From: a virus
Taxonomy: Duplodnaviria; Caudoviricetes
Virus record (IMG/VR): IMGVR_UViG_3300035696_000037
Span: 6,744 to 70,743 of that record
Reading direction: 5' to 3' (one strand)
DNA: 64,000 bases
Shown here: one piece after another, positions 23,347-34,000 of the stretch
How positions within the stretch are numbered: the stretch's first letter is position 1
Layout of the letters: the number at the start of each line of letters is the position of its first letter
The notes under the pieces: model-generated
What the model was told of the DNA's origin: nothing
The model's input: only the letters and a program-made list of their open reading frames with translations
The model's database searches: none
Translations under genes and position numbers: made by a program

Positions 23347-23571
23347 TTAAGTGACAGGTATCTTGGCTGCTTTCTTCATCATGTCTTGAAGCCGAGAGGC
23401 GGCAAAGGCTTCCATAACCCGCTCATGCCGGTCGTTTTTGAGCATGCCCATTAACTCCTTCAAGATGCCCTCGGTGGTTTCCGCATTTTCCACATGCGTC
23501 CACCCGTCATTTGCTGTCTTCTCGTCAATGTTTTTGTCGTACACCAGTACATTACCTATGAACTTGAACAT
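23347..23571 (-). CDS. Small protein (74 aa) homologous to an internal segment of the 58575-59642 protein
   Basis: GGAGGAG RBS; 24/36 identical residues by manual alignment. Confidence 0.75.
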   Translation of the reverse strand: MFKFIGNVLVYDKNIDEKTANDGWTHVENAETTEGILKELMGMLKNDRHERVMEAFAASRLQDMMKKAAKIPVT

Positions 23572-23579
23572 GTCTCCTC

Positions 23580-25031
23580 CTAATCCATGGTGAGGATAGT
23601 GAGCGTGTCGCTCTTTACTTCCCAGACGGCGCTCTCCCTCGGGGCAACGAGCCCCATCGGGTTGTTGACGTTCCAGTTGGCGACCTCCCCCGTGGGGAGG
23701 GCGGCGGGCGGGCTCAGGACGTTGTCGACGACCTGTATCCACGTGCTGGGGTCATTCAGGTAGTTCGCCCCAAGATTGAGCCAGACGACATTGCCGTCAT
23801 ATGTGATTCCCCCCGTTTCCGGGTTGAAGGTGACGGAGGAACCCGACGTCCCGCCCTGCGTGGCTATCTCAAGATTGCCGTTCGGGTCGACGACGAACTG
23901 CCCCGTGTAGAACGGCGACAAGGCCGTCCACGGGGCCATGCCCAGCGTGTACATCCCCGAGGCTATCGGATAGTACGCCTGCCAGGCGGCGGGGGAGGGC
24001 AGGGGCTTCCAATAGGCCGGACTGGTCGGGGGAACCTGGCCGACGTTCTTCTTGAGCGCCCGGTACATCTGGTAGGCAGGCTGGGGCGGGCTCTGCGGCG
24101 GGCTTTCGACCGGGGGATATTGGACCAGCGCCCCACGGGAATACGAGGCGGAGGCATCCCAGAAGGCGGGCACGAGCTGCAAGGCCAGCCATTGCGCCTG
24201 CGTTATGGTCGTCGCCATCTTCCTGCCCCATGCCGCCAGCGTGGTCTTGGGATGCTTGACGTTGAAGATGGGCGCTACCCACAGCATGGGGTCGATGGGC
24301 GGTGCCTCCACCTGCTGGATGATGATGCGGAGCGTGTCGCTGATGCTCAGGGCTATCTTTTCCGTCTCGGCGAACACCGTGGCGAACTCCAGCCCCACGT
24401 GGGCGGGCTTGGCCAAGTCGATGGCCCCGTAGAGGTTCTCCACGACCTCCTGCAACTGGGTGAGGCTCTGTATGCTGCTGAGCGGGTTGCTTCCCCCCAC
24501 GTTGACGCTCACCTGTATGGCGTTGCGGTCGGACTGGTCGTACACTCCCTGCCCGATGAGCTTGTAAAGCTCGACCACCGTCACGGTCTTCCCCGTGTAG
24601 GCATAGATGACGTCGGCTATGGATTGCGCCGTAGCCCCCTCTTGGTATGCCCCGATGAGGTCCACCAGCATGTCCCTGTAGCCTACCGGATTGTCGAGGG
24701 TGCCGAAGCCGGTGAAGTCTCCCTTGTCGAACTGGGCGGGATAGGGATAGGCGCTCTTGATGTAGAGCGGTGCGGCGAACCGGCGCTTGATGTCGGGGGG
24801 CGTCAGGTATTGCGGCTGGGAACCGAGGATGTCGTACTGGTAGTCGTATTCCAACCGGGCAAGCTCCTGCGCAATCGCCCGCATGGCCGCCCCCCAGAAG
24901 GGTTGGTCGTTCCTCGGGGAGTAGTAGTTGGCGACGGCTTGGAGGAGCCCGAGCAGGCGGGCGTCCTCGAACAGGAGGAGGGACTCCCTCGGAAGCTGGT
25001 AGAGCAGGTCTGGGCTGTTGTTGGTCGCCAT
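23580..25031 (-). CDS. Putative baseplate wedge protein (gpI-like position) with C-terminal CBM5/12-like repeats (483 aa)
   Basis: Follows baseplate J gene (stop/start overlap at 25031); 'WDASASYSRGALVQY...YWK' and 'WTALSPFYTGQFVV' repeats. Confidence 0.6.
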   Translation of the reverse strand: MATNNSPDLLYQLPRESLLLFEDARLLGLLQAVANYYSPRNDQPFWGAAMRAIAQELARLEYDYQYDILGSQPQYLTPPDIKRRFAAPLYIKSAYPYPAQFDKGDFTGFGTLDNPVGYRDMLVDLIGAYQEGATAQSIADVIYAYTGKTVTVVELYKLIGQGVYDQSDRNAIQVSVNVGGSNPLSSIQSLTQLQEVVENLYGAIDLAKPAHVGLEFATVFAETEKIALSISDTLRIIIQQVEAPPIDPMLWVAPIFNVKHPKTTLAAWGRKMATTITQAQWLALQLVPAFWDASASYSRGALVQYPPVESPPQSPPQPAYQMYRALKKNVGQVPPTSPAYWKPLPSPAAWQAYYPIASGMYTLGMAPWTALSPFYTGQFVVDPNGNLEIATQGGTSGSSVTFNPETGGITYDGNVVWLNLGANYLNDPSTWIQVVDNVLSPPAALPTGEVANWNVNNPMGLVAPRESAVWEVKSDTLTILTMD

Positions 25032-28000
25032 TAGCTCCCCGTCGTGATGTAGTTGATGGTCACCCTTCCCGCCGTGAAATATTCGGTGCTGGACAAGGTC
25101 ACGTCCTTGGCCGAACTCTCTCCGAACACCTGATAGGTGACGAAATAGTACTTGAGGGACGGGGACGTGGTGTCCAAGGGGATGGTGATGAGGACCTTCT
25201 GGGCGTAGGCGCTCTGGGACGCCGCAGCGATGCCGGGGTCGGCGCTGCCGACGATGTAGAACGAGCCGTTGCCCGAGGACGTGGTCGGCGTGGCAGCGTT
25301 CTGGAGGAAGTCCTTGAGGGAGTAGGTACGGGCGTATTCCTGCCCTTGGTAGAGCAGGCCCACGAAGGCTTCCGCCGGTCCGCCCGAGGGCACGGTGGAG
25401 TCTGGCAGGACGGCGCTGGCGGTGATGAACCCGTTGGTCGGCATGTTGGCCAGCCCGATGCTGGCCGCATAGGCGGCGATGACGGGGTCCGCCGCAAGGC
25501 TCGTCCATAGGGTACCCGTGGGGATGACGAACCCGATGTCGTAGCTCCCGTCCGACTTGGCGCACTTGATGAGCGGGACGGACACGGACTTCACGCCATT
25601 GACCGCCGAGACCAGCGTGATGATGTTGGACTGGTAAAGGGTGGTAGTGGCGGTGTTGAGGGCTTGGTCGATGGCAGTGCGGATGTCGGAGTCCACCGTG
25701 TCGGCAGAGGTGCCGCTGTCGAGGGTCACCGTGAGCGTGACGTCGATGGGGTTGGCGACCATGGCCTTGACGAGGACGTCGCACGCCGCAGCCTTGGTCA
25801 GGTTTATCTGGTTGACTAAGAAGGGGACGAAGGCGGGGTATTCCGAGGCTACGGTGAACGCCTCGTCGTAGAAGTAGCTGACGAGGACCTGCCCGCCGTC
25901 CGGGATGCGGCTCGTGGCGTTGGTGCCCAGATTCCTTGCTACGGTCGCCGTTCCCGAGATGCCGCTCACGGCGAGGATGTAGTCTTGGTTTTCCAGCATG
26001 ACCGTGCCGTCGTAAACCACCTTGATGTAGCGGTTGTCGTGCGGGACGAGCGCCCCGACAAGGCCCGTGGAGCCCGTGACGTTGATGGTCCCATCGGCAT
26101 TGTAGGCTGCTCCGTCAAGCGTGAGGTCGAACCTTCCATAGCTTTCCGGCAGCCAAGTATTGTAGACGAACCCGTTGTTGTCCAAGGCGTTGGACACGCT
26201 GCCGTTGAGGGTCTGGGCCTCGCCGGAAGCGAAGCTCAGGCGTTCGTAGAGGGTGAACTGGTTGTAGCTCACCACCACCTGCTGCCCGTCCTGTATGGCG
26301 CTTCCCGTGACCTTCCCGGTGTCGGGGGCGGGGCCGTAGTTGTTGTGGCTGTAGACGGCGGTGAGCGATGCCCCGTTGGAGGTGGCCACTACGATGGACT
26401 GCCCGTTCAGGAACGTGGCGGTGGTAAGCCCGTCGAGGGTCAACGGCGCTCCGACCCCGAAGCTGTTGTTGCACGTGAGGGTGAGGATGTTGTTGTTGAT
26501 GGCGACGTTCGTTATGGTCTTGGAGGACGTCAGAAGCTCCAAGCCGTAGGTGCGGTACGAGCCTACGTAAGGCCCTCCCGGCGTGCCGGACGGGGAAGGA
26601 AGGGCGACTAAGGCGTAGTCGGTGCCGTTGACGTACAGGGTGGACAGGTCGGTGGACCTCACGGAGAGCACGTCGCCGATTGCCCCCGTCTGGCTGACGG
26701 GGACGTCCATCGCCGTGCCGATAAGGACCGGCGTGGAAAGGCTGGCGACGATGGTCTGGGTGACGGGGGAGCTGGGGGTGGAGGCCACTTGGACGGTGTC
26801 CCCGGCCTCGTTGGAGCCGCCATAGAGCAGGAAGTCCGAGGTGTAGACGAGGTCGAGCATCGCCTCCGGGATGGTGCCGGTCTGCGACGTCTGCCCGATA
26901 ACGGAGTTGACGTTGGTCACGGGCTGGTTCGTCGGCACGTCTTGGAGCGGCGACTGGAGCCGGACGAGCAGCGAATACGTGGCATTGTTCCCCAACCCCT
27001 GCACGGCGGCAAGGTTGGTGATAGGACTTGCCAGAGACGGATATGGAATCCTGACTTGGGTCACCCCGCTACCCGAGATGTAGTAGGCGTTCGCCGAGGG
27101 ATTCAGGCTTATCGTCCCACCGGCCTTGTTTATCTGCGCCTCGCTTATGTCGAGGAAGAACGAACCGGCGTTGCCGGAGACCAGAAGCTCCACGCCTTGG
27201 TACATCGGCCAGTCGAGGGCATTGAGGGCGGCGTTCTGCATCGTGAACTGGAGGAGGGAGCTTGTGATGGAGGTGGGCTGCAAGAGCGAGTAGGTGGCAT
27301 ACAGCCCCAAAGTCCCGTTGTTCTCGTACTGGAACGCCACGATGTCGTCCTCCTCGGAAGACGACGTCCCTTGGCAATAGATGTCCACGCATCCATAGAC
27401 GTGCTTCTGGCGGATGTTGTCCCAATCGCGGAGCATTTCGAGGTCGCCTGCCGCCACGACGTTTGCCGCCACGATGCCGGGCGTGGCGATGGCGGCATTG
27501 TAGTACCCGTTGCGGGTGCTGGAATCTATGCCGGTGATGAGTTTGGTCTGTATCCTCGATGCGAAGTGGGAATTGGATTCCTCGTCCGTCCCGAACACGG
27601 CGGAAGCGAGGTTGGTGACGGACCATCCTGCCGGGGCGTTCGAGTTCACCGTGACGATGGTCCCCGCCCCCACGTTCGTACTGCTGCCGGTGGTCTGGCA
27701 GGAGGCCGGGACGCTGACCGCCCACCATCCGTAGATGGGGTTGTAGAACGAGGGGGCCGACGAAGGCGTGATGGATGCCGAGCCCGTCGTAACGAAGCTC
27801 ACGGACGGGGTGGACGAGTCCCCCGTCGTGGAGCAGATGATGCCGATGGGGAAGGTGGTGGTCTGGGTCGGCAGGGTATAGGTATAGAACGTCAGGGTGG
27901 CGACCGAGGCGGTAGCACCGCCACGGGTGAGCCCAGCCGACTGGCCCAAGTGGTCGAACTGCTGGTCGATGAACGTCTGCGTGTCCGAGGCACTGAGGCC

Positions 28001-29506
28001 GTAGGCACGGGCAATCTGCTGCTTGACGGGGGAGGAATTGAACGGGTCGCTGATGCCATTGCCGCTGGCATTGTCTATCTGGCTCATGGCCGACACGGAC
28101 AACGCACACCGGGAGAACCACTCCCTCACGCTCATGTTGGAAAGCTCGACGGCAACGGGGTCGATGAGCAGGTCGCGCATCTCCGTGCGGGGGGTCAAGT
28201 CCAAGTCGGGGTACAGCCGGTTGATTTGGGCGATGAGCCGACCGGCGATGTCCTGCTGCCGTTGGAGGGCGAGGAAGTCCGCAGGGCTGGCGAGGGACAG
28301 GTTGATGAAGCCGCAGGTCACCGGCCCGCTCTGCTGGGACTCGAACATGGCATTGGTGGTCGGGTCCTGCACCACGGTGGACAGCATGGCATAAAATTGC
28401 GTGGCCCCGTTCACGTCGGTGGGGGTCACGTCCACATAGTTGTAGGTGAACTCCTGCGTGCTGTTGTTCGTGGTGATGACTTGCTGGCCGGTAGTGGGGT
28501 CGTAGCTGGTGGTAGTGGTGCCGCTGAGCACGACGATTTGCGTCCGGCTGACCTGCGTGGTGGGGACGGCGTCCCCGAACTGGACGTAGGGAGGATTGAC
28601 CCCAGCCGGGTCGGTGGACAGCATGACCTTCGTGCCGACCGTGCCCGCGAAGCTGGGCATCAGCCACTCTATGCGGCAGGCGGCCTGCGCCTTGTAGGAG
28701 GTGATTCCCGAGGGGGAGCCGATGACGGGGGCTAGCCCGCTCTGGTAAGGTATGATGGTGAACTGCACCGTGGGGGTAATGGTGTAGAACCCGACGTTCT
28801 CCCACGTCACTCCGCCATCTACGGTGACGACCCCCGTGGTGCCCACCTCAGCTACGGCACTGGAATAAGCCGCATGCACGAAGGTGGCGGTAAAGCTGGT
28901 GGACGTGGGGCTGGGGTTGACCGTGATAATCTGGCCGTTCAGGAACATGGCCTGCTGGAGGTCGTTGAAGGACAGGGACATTCCTGCGGCGAAGTTGTTG
29001 TTCGCCGTCACCGTGAGGGTGTTGTTGTTGTCTATGGATATGTTGGTGACGTTGGCGGAAAGGTCTTGGTACTGGCCCGCTATGGTGAACACGACGGGCT
29101 CCAAGGAACCCGTGGAACCGGTAGAGGACAAGGCCAACTGGACGCAACCATTGTCGTCGACGAACCTGTATCCAGCCGAAACGGGGGTGCTGGCCTCCCA
29201 CCCTATTTGGGTGGGGTCGTAGCTCCTGCCGAGGAACTGGATGGCATTGTCGCCTGCGGTGAGGTCGATGGCCACCGTACCGGAAAACTGGTTCTTGCCG
29301 GACACCACCGAAGGAGAGGAGTTGGCCACCGTGGCCCCGTATATGGACACCTCGACGCGCACGAACTCCGGGTCCGTCTGGATGATGTAGGGCAGGATGG
29401 TGGAGTCCACCGACATGGCGTTGATTTGCACGGGCGGACTTCCCACCATGATGACCGGCGTAACGAACGAGAGCGGCTTGGTTATGTCTACGAAAGGCGG
29501 TATCAT
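25031..29506 (-). CDS. Baseplate J-like wedge protein, greatly extended (1491 aa)
   Basis: 'RDLLIDPVA...G.TRGGATAS...TFY...SVPASCQTTGSSTNVGAGTI...GTDEESNSHFASRI' baseplate-J hallmarks. Confidence 0.85.
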   Translation of the reverse strand: MIPPFVDITKPLSFVTPVIMVGSPPVQINAMSVDSTILPYIIQTDPEFVRVEVSIYGATVANSSPSVVSGKNQFSGTVAIDLTAGDNAIQFLGRSYDPTQIGWEASTPVSAGYRFVDDNGCVQLALSSTGSTGSLEPVVFTIAGQYQDLSANVTNISIDNNNTLTVTANNNFAAGMSLSFNDLQQAMFLNGQIITVNPSPTSTSFTATFVHAAYSSAVAEVGTTGVVTVDGGVTWENVGFYTITPTVQFTIIPYQSGLAPVIGSPSGITSYKAQAACRIEWLMPSFAGTVGTKVMLSTDPAGVNPPYVQFGDAVPTTQVSRTQIVVLSGTTTTSYDPTTGQQVITTNNSTQEFTYNYVDVTPTDVNGATQFYAMLSTVVQDPTTNAMFESQQSGPVTCGFINLSLASPADFLALQRQQDIAGRLIAQINRLYPDLDLTPRTEMRDLLIDPVAVELSNMSVREWFSRCALSVSAMSQIDNASGNGISDPFNSSPVKQQIARAYGLSASDTQTFIDQQFDHLGQSAGLTRGGATASVATLTFYTYTLPTQTTTFPIGIICSTTGDSSTPSVSFVTTGSASITPSSAPSFYNPIYGWWAVSVPASCQTTGSSTNVGAGTIVTVNSNAPAGWSVTNLASAVFGTDEESNSHFASRIQTKLITGIDSSTRNGYYNAAIATPGIVAANVVAAGDLEMLRDWDNIRQKHVYGCVDIYCQGTSSSEEDDIVAFQYENNGTLGLYATYSLLQPTSITSSLLQFTMQNAALNALDWPMYQGVELLVSGNAGSFFLDISEAQINKAGGTISLNPSANAYYISGSGVTQVRIPYPSLASPITNLAAVQGLGNNATYSLLVRLQSPLQDVPTNQPVTNVNSVIGQTSQTGTIPEAMLDLVYTSDFLLYGGSNEAGDTVQVASTPSSPVTQTIVASLSTPVLIGTAMDVPVSQTGAIGDVLSVRSTDLSTLYVNGTDYALVALPSPSGTPGGPYVGSYRTYGLELLTSSKTITNVAINNNILTLTCNNSFGVGAPLTLDGLTTATFLNGQSIVVATSNGASLTAVYSHNNYGPAPDTGKVTGSAIQDGQQVVVSYNQFTLYERLSFASGEAQTLNGSVSNALDNNGFVYNTWLPESYGRFDLTLDGAAYNADGTINVTGSTGLVGALVPHDNRYIKVVYDGTVMLENQDYILAVSGISGTATVARNLGTNATSRIPDGGQVLVSYFYDEAFTVASEYPAFVPFLVNQINLTKAAACDVLVKAMVANPIDVTLTVTLDSGTSADTVDSDIRTAIDQALNTATTTLYQSNIITLVSAVNGVKSVSVPLIKCAKSDGSYDIGFVIPTGTLWTSLAADPVIAAYAASIGLANMPTNGFITASAVLPDSTVPSGGPAEAFVGLLYQGQEYARTYSLKDFLQNAATPTTSSGNGSFYIVGSADPGIAAASQSAYAQKVLITIPLDTTSPSLKYYFVTYQVFGESSAKDVTLSSTEYFTAGRVTINYITTGS

Positions 29507-30282
29507 TGACTCCCCACTAAATTCCTGCTAGAGGCTATGGCAAAGGTCACCGAGGACGGCGTCGTCGGGTCGCCGTAGGAGGTGATAGAGCACTGGGCGG
29601 CCATGGACGTCGGGTCGGGCGAGGTCACGGAAATCCCCACTACGTCCTTCAGCATCTCCAGCAGGCTCACGCTCTGCACCGTCCTCTGGGCGGACTGTAT
29701 CTGCTTGATGTTCTGGAGCGAGTCCGTAATCTGGGTGGAGACGTCCTCGGTCGTTATGCTCCCCCCGAACTTCTTGCCTATGTAGTTTCGGATGGGGCAG
29801 GTGAACTGCGGGTAGAATGCGCACCGGGAGGTGAGGACGAACTTGAGCACCTTTTGCACCAGCTTGTTCGTGTCCCACACCCGCTGCATCGTCCCCGAGG
29901 GGGACACGGCGAGGTCGTTGAGCTGGCCTTGCGTCCAGCACCGCAGGCAGTAGGGCTGCAAGGTGATGTAGCTGACCTCGATGAGCGGGACGTACCAGCG
30001 CACCGGCTTGTTGAAGAGAATTTTGTAGAACTGGGTGTTGCTTACCAGGAGCCGGTTGGCGTCGGGGAAGAAGATGTAGCCGTAGGTAGGGTCGTCTTGC
30101 TGGACAAGCTCCCCGCTGATGAACATCTGCACCTGCGATTGCCCGTTGATGGGGGCACGCATGTTGAGGCTGGGGTCGGCGGCCAGATGCAGTGTCATAA
30201 AGTCCTTCGTGTCTATGACATACCTCTCCGCATTGATTTTATGTGTGCATGCTTGGAGGCCGGTGTTGAAGTCGTAGCTCAT
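29503..30282 (-). CDS. Baseplate wedge protein, gp25/gpW-like C-terminal domain (259 aa)
   Basis: 'KLVQKVLKFVLT...YPQF...IGKK' pattern; directly upstream of baseplate J. Confidence 0.6.
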   Translation of the reverse strand: MSYDFNTGLQACTHKINAERYVIDTKDFMTLHLAADPSLNMRAPINGQSQVQMFISGELVQQDDPTYGYIFFPDANRLLVSNTQFYKILFNKPVRWYVPLIEVSYITLQPYCLRCWTQGQLNDLAVSPSGTMQRVWDTNKLVQKVLKFVLTSRCAFYPQFTCPIRNYIGKKFGGSITTEDVSTQITDSLQNIKQIQSAQRTVQSVSLLEMLKDVVGISVTSPDPTSMAAQCSITSYGDPTTPSSVTFAIASSRNLVGSQ

Positions 30283-31016
30283 TAAATCGTAGCCGTCGTC
30301 GGGTCGATGGTCCCCGTGTCCTTCAGCATGATGGGGTCGGACGGCAGGCTGTGGTTGAACTGCTCCAACTCCCACTGGGTCGGCGGGTCGGCGTTGTTGA
30401 CCCTCGTGTACGGCTGTCCCTTGTACATGTTGCTCTGGTTTACGTCGTCCACCAGAACGGTCTGGTATTCCGGTTTCGAGAAATAGCTGTTTATCTTGGA
30501 GATGAGCCCCGCCAAGTTCCTCGGATTGGTCTGGGTGCCCCCTGCCGGGCTCTTCGCGAAGTCGCTGGCATACTGTGCCAAGTCCTCGTGCTTCTCGATG
30601 AGGCAGCGGACTTGGTTCATATAGTAGACGGCGTCGTCATGCCGCTGGAACATGTCCTGCATGCCCTTCTTGATTCTCCCCACCATGACCATGGGAAGGT
30701 GGTCGTCGCTGACCGCTTGGTTGAAGTGCCCATACGGTCCCGGAGCCCATACGGGCTTCTGGAAGGTCGGGGCCAACGCCTCGTCGTAGCTGCCTTCCTC
30801 GTCGGGATAGACGGAGGAGTAGTATTGCTCCAGAACCCCAGCCGTCTTGCGAAGCTGCTCGGCCCGGATGCGGTGGAAGGTGGAGACCTCGGGGATGTCT
30901 TCCTGCCGGGCAGATATCCACCCCTGCATCGCCTGCCACTGGCTCAATGAGAAGTGTCCCAGCCAATTGAACGGCGGTCCGGCATAGGCGTATTTCCAAC
31001 CCGTATATCCGGCCAT
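30282..31016 (-). CDS. Hypothetical virion-associated protein (244 aa)
   Basis: AGGGGG RBS; stop overlaps next start. Confidence 0.6.
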   Translation of the reverse strand: MAGYTGWKYAYAGPPFNWLGHFSLSQWQAMQGWISARQEDIPEVSTFHRIRAEQLRKTAGVLEQYYSSVYPDEEGSYDEALAPTFQKPVWAPGPYGHFNQAVSDDHLPMVMVGRIKKGMQDMFQRHDDAVYYMNQVRCLIEKHEDLAQYASDFAKSPAGGTQTNPRNLAGLISKINSYFSKPEYQTVLVDDVNQSNMYKGQPYTRVNNADPPTQWELEQFNHSLPSDPIMLKDTGTIDPTTATI

Positions 31017-31024
31017 CAATCCCC

Positions 31025-34000
31025 CTACGTGTACGTCCCCTTTATCGTGGCGACGGCGGCGTTGATGTACGTCACCGCTTGGGCCGCCAGCATGCTGGTC
31101 CCGCTCAGGTAGGTCAGCGTGCCCGTGACCTGCATGCTCAAGACGGTGGTTATGGTGCCGGTGCCGCTCGGGAATTGGGCCTGCACCGTCCATCCCGTGA
31201 GCCAACCGGAGAGGCTCCCCGTGCCATAGGTGGGCGTGGTGCTTATCACGCTGACGCCACTGGTCATGGTCGCCAAGGCGCTAATGCTGTTTCCCGTGCC
31301 GCTCGCCGTGCCCTGTTGCTGCGGGGAGAATGGCTTGCTCAGCGTCACGGTGAAGGTGTTGTAGTTGGGGATGGTGTACGTGACGGAGATGGTGATGTAG
31401 TAGAGTTGCAGCCCCACCGAGGTTCCCCCGCCGCCTTGGGTGGCCGCAGCGTTGAAGTTGAGGCCGAAGGTCGAGGAGTTGACGATTGCGGGCGTGAGGC
31501 TCACCCCCAGCAGGCTGGACGATATGGTCTGGATGCCCGCAGAGCCCTGCGACCAGGAGAAGGTGCCGTTGGAACTCCACTGGTTCCCTATCGGGCTCCC
31601 GCCGTTGATAAGCTGCACGGTGGTATATACGGCCTGCCCGAATGCGCTGGTCTGCTCCGCGCTCGCCGTGATGGTCAGGGAAATATTGTAGGCGTTGGAC
31701 GGGATGTTAAACTCGAATCCCATGGCCTGCAATACCTGCGTGGAATACTGGGTGTGGTTCGATATGACCGTGGTGCTGGCATACTGCCCGTTGTTCCTCT
31801 CGACGTTCGCGGGGTTGTTCCAAGTCCCATAGGCGCTGGAAGGGATGTTTACGGCGCTGGAGGGGAAATTCGATACGGTATTCGTGGTCGTGTTGTTGGA
31901 CGGTATGCTCACGGAGGTAGGCCCGGCAGTGGCCGTGGGGTCAACCATGTAGAGGAACGCCCCGGTCGGGGCCTGCCCGGTGCTGAACAGGTCGAAGCCA
32001 TTGGCCGTGCTGTACCAAGCGATATCCTGCTCCGTCAGGGTGGCGGTAGTGAGCGCCACGCCGGAAGGCAGGGAGCCGCCCGCGTAAGAATACTTGAAGT
32101 TGGAGCCGTCCCACCCGAAGGTCACCACTCCTCCTCCCGTCAGGGAGAAGATGCCCGTGGCAGCCGTCGCAGGAGGGACGGTAGTCCCTGCAAACGGTCC
32201 GGGGAGGACGAACGAGGACCCGTTGTTGAATATGGGAAGGCTGCCCGCCGTGCCCTCGAACAAGGGTATGCCATAGGACGGGATAGTCCCGCTGGATGGC
32301 TTCACGGTCAGGGGGCCGAGGCTCGTGTATACCGTCCACGTGAACGTGGCGGAGGCATTGACCCCTCCCACGTCGGTGACGGTGATGGCGAAATTGTTGC
32401 TCCCCGCCGACCCGGAGCCGAACGGGCCGCTCAGGACGATGTAGGCGATGCCGCCGGATACGGATTGAACCGTGGCGGTATAGCCGGTGGGCACCGTGGC
32501 AGAAAGTTGCGAGGTCTGGGTTGCGATGACCCCCGTGGCGACGACGTAGAAGGAGTAGTTGCCCCTCGGGCTGATGGTGGTCACGTTGTCGAGCGACGTC
32601 ACCTCGCCGAGGGACAGGTTGGAGGTGGAGTTGACGTAGTCTATCCCCGTATGCAAAGTCAGTCCGGTAACGACCGTGAGGGCGAACGTCTTCTGGTAGG
32701 TCGAGCCGACGTTGTCCGTGACTTGGACGATAATGCTGAAGTTCCCGACGCTCGTCGTCGTGCCGCTGATGATGCCGCTGGTGCTGAGGTTGAGATTGCT
32801 CGGGAGGGCTCCGCCGACAAGCTGCCATGTGTATGGGGAAGTGCCGCCGCTGGCCGCCAAGGTGTTGTTGTATGCCACGCCCGCCGTCGCCTGCGCAAGC
32901 GGCGAAGAGGTGGTGATGGTCAGCGTGCTGGCCGAACCGGTGACTTGGAAGTTCCCGTTGACGCTGTCCGTGGGGCTCATGGCGTCCGCCACGTAGACGG
33001 TAAAGGCTTGGGTCGTGGCTGTCGGGGAAGGCCAAGACAACAGCCCGGACGAACTTAGGCTGAATCCCGCTGGCATGGAGCCGCTCCATGTATACGCGGG
33101 GGCACCGCCCGTGGGGGAGCCGCCCCCGCTTGCTACGAACTGGAACGTATAGGAATTCCCCACGAGCGCCTGCGGGAGCGGGGAAGTGGATGTGATTGCC
33201 AGGTTGGTCCCGGCAGTAAGGCTCAGGTTGGCCGTGGCGACGTGCCCGGAAGAGTCGGCTGCCTGCACCCCGACAATCCACCCCGAGAATGCCGCACCGG
33301 TATAAAGCCCGGTGATGTATGCCGTCAGCCCTTGGTTCGAGGAGCCGGGGGTCAGGGCAAGACCTACGCCCGAGAACAGGTTGTGGACGTCGGACGTGAT
33401 GGTCCATTGGACGGGGACGGTTGGGGTTACCCCGCCGAGGCTGAGGGTCCCGAGGTAGGATACCCCACGGTAGATTTCGCCCACGCCCGTGGTGATGATG
33501 ACCATTCCGGGATTGATGGCCACTTGGACGGTGAGGTTCTTCGTCACCTGGGACGAAGGCCCGGTCGAATCCTGCACCGTAAAGGTCACCAACTGGGAGC
33601 CATAGGCCACGTCGGTCGTGGACCCGGCCAATAGGCCAGAGCTATTGAAGGTGATTCCGGTCGGCAGCGGGGAAGCTGGCTGCCAAGCATATGGGGGGAT
33701 TCCGCCTGCGGCAGTCAGGTAGAAGGAGTATGGGGAATTGTCGCCGGGGATGGCGGGAATCGCCGCAGTGGTGATGGCCAAGGCATTGCTGACGACCATG
33801 GGGATGACTTGGGTAGTCACGGTGCCGTCGCTGTCGGTGAGCGTGAAGGTGACGTTGAACGGGCCTGTGGGCGAGCCGCTATAGGTGCCGGTGAGCGCCC
33901 CCGTGGAGGCGTTGAGGCTGATTGAGCCAATCAAGGCCGGGAAGCTGACGGCTGCGTCCCAAGTCCACGTATAGGGTGGTACTCCGCCATATCCCTGCAA

